DNA from: Tidjanibacter sp.
GTDB lineage: Bacteria; Bacteroidota; Bacteroidia; Bacteroidales; Rikenellaceae
NCBI GenBank assembly: GCA_045614965.1
Contig: JAZLDY010000029.1
Coordinates: 14,814 to 78,813 of the forward strand
DNA length: 64,000 nucleotides
Reading direction: 5' to 3'
In this document: positions 59,396 to 64,000 of the stretch, one piece after another
How the letters are laid out: every line of letters begins with the position of its first letter
How positions within the stretch are numbered: the stretch's first letter is position 1
The notes under the pieces: generated by a model
What the model saw: only the letters and a program-made list of their open reading frames with translations
The model's database searches: none
Told to the model about the DNA's origin: nothing
Made by a program: the position numbers and the translations under genes

Positions 59396-60199
59396 TTATT
59401 CGTTAGGAAATGTGTAGGTTACGTCGGCTACAATGAAGCGGTGGTCCGACAATTCGGGGCAGTCGAGAATGGTGTAACTCTCCACCGTCCAACCCGTCTT
59501 GGGCGAGGCCATAACATAGTCGAGCCTTTGGGCCGCATAGGTAATCTCCGGACGGCTCGAAGGGTAGGTGTTGCCATAGCCCTTGCCGAGGTCTTTCCAG
59601 CGGTAGGCAGAGTAGGTGATGGGGTCGCTACTCTCGTTGGCGTTGAAGTCGCCCACGAGGAGTGTGGGGATTGTGTCGCCCTCGGCAAAGATGTTTTTGT
59701 TCACATCGGCGAGGTGCTGGATGGTCATCTGCGCACTCTCCAATGCGAGGTGGGTGGTGGCAACCCTCACACACTCGCCCTCGGGAAGTTGAACATAAAT
59801 CCACCCCGAAGCCCTCGGCTCCCTTGCGCCCGAGAGGTTGGTTACAATCTTGGTCATCTTGTAGAATGGCCACCTACTCAACAGGGCCGTACCAAAGCCA
59901 CCGCCCTGGTAGTTCATCGAGTGGCAGAAATAGGGCATCATACCCGTAGCCATTGCCACCTCGTTGAGCCAATCTCGGCCACCATTGCGGGTGGTCATCT
60001 GGTCCACCTCCTGCAAGCACACCACATCGGGCTCATATTGGGCAATCAGTTCGGCATAGGGGGCCGACAGAAAACCGCAATACCTGCCGCCCTCCTTGAT
60101 GTTCATCGACATCACACGGAGCGACACGCTCCTCTGGGCACTCACGCTGAGCACCGCCCCAAGAAGCACAATGGCAAGTGTCAATATTCTCTTGTTCAT
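59396..60199 (-). CDS. EEP family protein, secreted
   Basis: SMNI, CLQEVD, TTHL, GDFNA, RLDYV, SDHR. Confidence 0.93.
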   Translation of the reverse strand: MNKRILTLAIVLLGAVLSVSAQRSVSLRVMSMNIKEGGRYCGFLSAPYAELIAQYEPDVVCLQEVDQMTTRNGGRDWLNEVAMATGMMPYFCHSMNYQGGGFGTALLSRWPFYKMTKIVTNLSGAREPRASGWIYVQLPEGECVRVATTHLALESAQMTIQHLADVNKNIFAEGDTIPTLLVGDFNANESSDPITYSAYRWKDLGKGYGNTYPSSRPEITYAAQRLDYVMASPKTGWTVESYTILDCPELSDHRFIVADVTYTFPNE

Positions 60200-60259
60200 A
60201 CTCATTTCCGTTTGTTGGTTACGGATGAAATGTTGTTTTTTGGTTACTCTCACTCCTCA

Positions 60260-61948
60260 CTACCAACCGGGGTTGTTGGGGGCAAGGTTGGGGTTGAGTT
60301 GCATCTGCTTGAAAGGAATGGAGAGCAGATAGTGCTTGCTGGGGTTGAATGTACGGCCCGTTTCGAGCAACAAATACTGTTCGCCATCGATGGTTACCCA
60401 TTGCAGCTTGCTCAAATCAACCTTCAATCTCGATTGGTCAAGCCACCTGCGGTTTACACCCACGAGGTCCTCGCCCAGAGTCTTGCCCTCACGCCAACGG
60501 ATGATGTCGAAGTAGCGGTGGCCCTCAAAGAAGAGTTCCACGTTGCGCTCCCTGCGAATCTCGGTGCAGATGTCGCTACCGGCGGGCAGTTTGCCCAACT
60601 CCATAGGCACCATCCCAACCCTCTTGCGCAGCAGGTTGATGGACTTGTCAAGGTCGTCTTGGGTGAGTTTACCATCCAACTGTTTGGCTTCGGCATAGTT
60701 GAGCAGCACCTCGGCATAGCGCATCAGGACGATGTCGTTGTCGTCGTGGTTTACATACTTAACCGTCGAAGGCTCAACATACTTACGCATATAGTAGCCC
60801 GAATAGGTCATTGCACCCGTCTTGTCGTTAATCAACAAGGGGTAGTGATAGGTGCTCTTGTCGTTGCTGGTGGTATCACCGTCGGGGCCTCCGGTCCAAG
60901 GGGTGCCGGGAGCCAGAATGGTCTGACACATACGGGGGTCCCTATTCTTGAACACATCCTCGTAGGAGTTGCATTGTTTGGGGTCCCAAATCTGGCCATC
61001 GGCTGTAAGGTAGAGTTCGATAGCCTTCTTGGTGGGCACAAAACGGGCAAAGTCGCCAGGCACCCAATTCTCTCTCGAAAGGTTGTGGGAAGTGCGTGCA
61101 TCCTCGCCGAGGTTGTAGTTGTACACATAGGCCAAGATGGTCTCTTTGTTGTTGGCGTTACGGGAGGCACGTCCGGTGTAGTTGAAGAGGTTGTAGTAGT
61201 CCTCGTCGGGTTTGCCGGTGGTGTAGAGTTCGTGGTAGGGGTTCTCCATTGCCCTCTCGCAAGCATCCACAGCATCGGCATAGCGACCATTGTAGAGATA
61301 GATGCGGGAAAGAAGCAGAAGGGCTGCGGCCTGAGATACTCGGCCAAACTCCTCGCTTGCAGCGGCGATATACTCGGGCAGAGCCTTGTAGTGGTCTTCG
61401 AGGTCTTTGGTTATCTTCTCAACAACCACCTCTCGCTTGTCCCTGCCACGATAGACATCGGGCGACTCCACGTTGAGTACCTCGGTGATGTAGGGAACAT
61501 CGCCAAAGTAGTTGGTCAGAATCCAATAGTTGTAGGCACGGTAGAAATAGGCCTCGGCTGCATACCTATCCTTAATCTCCTGCTTCACATTTGTTGCCCT
61601 TTGGTAGTTGGCCAAGAAATAGTTGACACGTCCGATGCTATTGTAGGCACCGGCCCAAATAGAGTTGAGGTTACTATTGTTGGTTGCGTAGTTGCCGCCA
61701 CCGATGGTACGGAAGGCGGTGGTTACTGCCCAAGGGGCGTAGTCGGCCATAATCTCAGTCATATTGATCCAATACTTACCCTCCAACGAAGAGGTGAAGG
61801 TGTTGGCCACACTCTGCAAGTGGGACTCATCCTGCCAGAAGTTTTCGTCGGTGATTTGGTCAAATTGCGGACGCTCCAAAAAGTCGTCGTTGCAACCTGT
61901 CAGAAGTGCCACAGAGGCAACCAGCAAACCATATATAATCTTTTTCAT
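60260..61948 (-). CDS. susD: SusD/RagB family lipoprotein
   Basis: Lipobox LTGC; AEAYFYRA, MRYAEVLLNYAEA, FFEGHRYFDIIRW. Confidence 0.95.
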   Translation of the reverse strand: MKKIIYGLLVASVALLTGCNDDFLERPQFDQITDENFWQDESHLQSVANTFTSSLEGKYWINMTEIMADYAPWAVTTAFRTIGGGNYATNNSNLNSIWAGAYNSIGRVNYFLANYQRATNVKQEIKDRYAAEAYFYRAYNYWILTNYFGDVPYITEVLNVESPDVYRGRDKREVVVEKITKDLEDHYKALPEYIAAASEEFGRVSQAAALLLLSRIYLYNGRYADAVDACERAMENPYHELYTTGKPDEDYYNLFNYTGRASRNANNKETILAYVYNYNLGEDARTSHNLSRENWVPGDFARFVPTKKAIELYLTADGQIWDPKQCNSYEDVFKNRDPRMCQTILAPGTPWTGGPDGDTTSNDKSTYHYPLLINDKTGAMTYSGYYMRKYVEPSTVKYVNHDDNDIVLMRYAEVLLNYAEAKQLDGKLTQDDLDKSINLLRKRVGMVPMELGKLPAGSDICTEIRRERNVELFFEGHRYFDIIRWREGKTLGEDLVGVNRRWLDQSRLKVDLSKLQWVTIDGEQYLLLETGRTFNPSKHYLLSIPFKQMQLNPNLAPNNPGW

Positions 61949-62002
61949 AGCGTTCTGTCTTGTTTCGTTTGTTCTACACTTTGTTGTCCATTACTTCTCC
62001 TC

Positions 62003-64000
62003 CTATCGGAAGGTTACACTCAGACCGAGCACACAGGTCTTAACCTGTGGGTAGTAGCCACCACTCGAAACGGGAGTCTCGGGGTCGTAGGCATAGAAGA
62101 AGTCGCTCACGGTGAGGAGGTTGTCGGCCGAAATGTAGATGCGGCACTTTTCAACCTTTGCCTTCTTGGTCAGAGCCGAAGGCAGTGTGTAGCCCAACTG
62201 GATGTTCTTCAAACGGAGGTAGGAAGCATCCTCCAACCAGAAGGTCGAGAAGGTCTCCTGATTGAACTTGGTGTTGTAGGTCAAGCGGGGGTAGGAGGCG
62301 TTGGCATTGGGGTTCTCCTTGTAGTGGTAACGGTCGAGGTGTACCTTCTGTGGGTAGGCCGCCATATCCTGCAAGGCGTGGCGTGCGGAGCCTTTCAGGA
62401 AGCCATCACACTTGCCAACACCCTGGATGTTGAAACTGAAATCGAAGCCCTTCCACGCCACATCGCCACGGAAACTGTATGTGTAGCGGGGGATGTTGCT
62501 ACCGATAATCTTCTTGTCATACTCGGGCGAGATACGTCCGTCGGGTTTGCCATTGGGGCCACTGATGTCCCTATATTTGATATCACCGGGCTGGTAGTCG
62601 TTACCCAGCACCACGGGGATATTGGGCAGGGCGGCCTTGCCGGTGGCAGCGTCGTAGATTTTGAAATCCTCGGGAGTCATCAGGCCGATAGCCTCGTAGC
62701 CATAGAAGGCATCAATGGGGTAGTCCACAATCCTCACTTGGTCGCCACTCAAATCGGGGGCGTTGCCTGCAAGGTCAGTAATCTTGTTCTTCACATCCGA
62801 GAGGTTGAAGCCAAAACCATAGCGCACACCGCCAACCTTGTCCCTCCAAGCCATATCAATCTCCCAACCGGTGTTGTTCATCTTGCCGGCATTCTCCTCC
62901 GAGGGGGTTGCGCCAATCTGCGAGGGGTAGTTGAGTTTCAAGAGGATACCATCGGTGTCTTTCGTAAACCAGTCAAACGTAACCGAGAGGCGGTTGTGGA
63001 GCATTTGGAGGTCAAAACCGAAGTCCAACATTGTGATTGTCTCCCAAGTCAACAGAGGGTTGGAGAGCACCGACTGGGTGTAGCCTGTGGTTGCGTTGGC
63101 ACCGATGAGCGAAATCTCGTCGGTGTAGGCGGTGAGGTTGGACATATAGGGGGTGTTGGACGAGCCAACGTATTGGTTGCCGAGTTTACCCCACGAAGCC
63201 CTCAGTTTGAGGTTGTCGAGCCACTCGTCGGTGGAGGCCATAAACTGCTCTTCGCTTATCCTCCAACCACCCGAGAACGAGGGGAACAAGCCCGCACGGT
63301 TATCACGGTGGAAGCGAGAGGAGAGGTCGTAGCGCACGTTCATCTCCAAGAGGTAACGCTCGTCGTAGTTGTAGCTCACACGTCCAAAGCCCGAACGGAT
63401 GGCCCACTGCTTGGCCGACGAGTCGTTGCTCATACTTGTCGAGCTACCCAGATTGATTGTGGGGTTATACTCCGTTACAAGGTTGTTGCGTGAGGCCTCA
63501 AATTGGCGATACACATACCACTCTTGCGACATACCAACCACGCCGCTGATGTTGTGTTTGCCAATGTTGAAGTCGAAGTTGCTCTGCAAAATGAAGGTCT
63601 GTTGTTGGGCCCTCATATCAATATTCTTTATGGAGTTGGGCGAGTTGACCTCCACAGTTGCGCCCGTGTCGGGGTTCACAAAGCGGATGGTCTTTTTGAG
63701 GATATCACGCAGGGAGTTGGTGGAGGTGAGGTTGTAGGTTGCGCTCACGTTCCAATGCTTGTTGATATCATAGCGCAGCACCTCCAAGATTGACACCTCC
63801 TCTGCCGAGGTGTTGCTGTGGCCACCATCGGTGAGGGTTGCCACGGGGTTGGTGTTGCCACCACCATAGGCCCAAGTGCCATCCGTGTAGCGAATGGGGC
63901 TGTTGGGCATAATACGCATAGCGGTATAGATTGCACCACCACCGCTTACCAGCGAGTTGATGGGGGCTGTGATGTTGCGAGAGGTGTAGCCCACGTTGGA
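62003..64000 (-). CDS. susC: SusC TonB-dependent transporter, C-terminal two-thirds (5' end beyond window)
   Basis: RYDLSSRF, LKLRASWGKLGN, NPLLTWE, YLRLKNIQLGY, C-terminal SVTFR. Confidence 0.96.
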   Translation of the reverse strand, partial: SNVGYTSRNITAPINSLVSGGGAIYTAMRIMPNSPIRYTDGTWAYGGGNTNPVATLTDGGHSNTSAEEVSILEVLRYDINKHWNVSATYNLTSTNSLRDILKKTIRFVNPDTGATVEVNSPNSIKNIDMRAQQQTFILQSNFDFNIGKHNISGVVGMSQEWYVYRQFEASRNNLVTEYNPTINLGSSTSMSNDSSAKQWAIRSGFGRVSYNYDERYLLEMNVRYDLSSRFHRDNRAGLFPSFSGGWRISEEQFMASTDEWLDNLKLRASWGKLGNQYVGSSNTPYMSNLTAYTDEISLIGANATTGYTQSVLSNPLLTWETITMLDFGFDLQMLHNRLSVTFDWFTKDTDGILLKLNYPSQIGATPSEENAGKMNNTGWEIDMAWRDKVGGVRYGFGFNLSDVKNKITDLAGNAPDLSGDQVRIVDYPIDAFYGYEAIGLMTPEDFKIYDAATGKAALPNIPVVLGNDYQPGDIKYRDISGPNGKPDGRISPEYDKKIIGSNIPRYTYSFRGDVAWKGFDFSFNIQGVGKCDGFLKGSARHALQDMAAYPQKVHLDRYHYKENPNANASYPRLTYNTKFNQETFSTFWLEDASYLRLKNIQLGYTLPSALTKKAKVEKCRIYISADNLLTVSDFFYAYDPETPVSSGGYYPQVKTCVLGLSVTFR

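Noticed and set aside
59441-63493. 1350-aa plus-strand ORF spanning EEP, susD and susC
   Set aside because: Antisense shadow of well-supported genes that share codon register; it has no recognisable motifs. The same applies to 8998-11565, 41954-44809 and similar long antisense ORFs.

Overview
A 64-kb chromosomal segment of a Bacteroidales genome, probably Rikenellaceae/Alistipes-like. The assignment rests on TAnnTTTG promoters, SusC/SusD pairs and an S16 protein with a long C-terminal tail. The housekeeping backbone comprises dapF, ruvX, def, tRNA-Lys, lysC, dapD, birA, mnmA, nfnAB-like genes, tRNA-Asn, groESL, nfo, ndk, rimM, rpsP, an RND efflux operon, a GT9 and glycerate kinase. It is interrupted by two polysaccharide utilisation loci (PULs). 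PUL-1 (5.2-19.0 kb) has SusC/D, three copies of a GH56/hyaluronidase-like barrel, a 44-aa unannotated peptide, a GC-mosaic lipoprotein, a GH20 and an O-acetylesterase. PUL-2 (51.9-64 kb, truncated by the window edge) has SusC/D, two EEP phosphoesterases, two lipoproteins and two GH89 enzymes. The non-coding DNA is unusually structured: two candidate sRNAs share a 13-nt seed complementary to PUL translation-initiation regions, there are sigma54-type promoters (one upstream of groESL), a 270-nt attenuator-like leader, and modular intergenic mosaics built from REP-like hairpins, a conserved 22-bp palindrome, 7-mer arrays and G-quadruplex-capable 9-mer arrays. One such 9-mer element encloses a low-GC four-helix-bundle gene. 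No transposase, integrase, CRISPR array or rRNA gene was seen. All family assignments come from motif recognition by eye, not from database searches.
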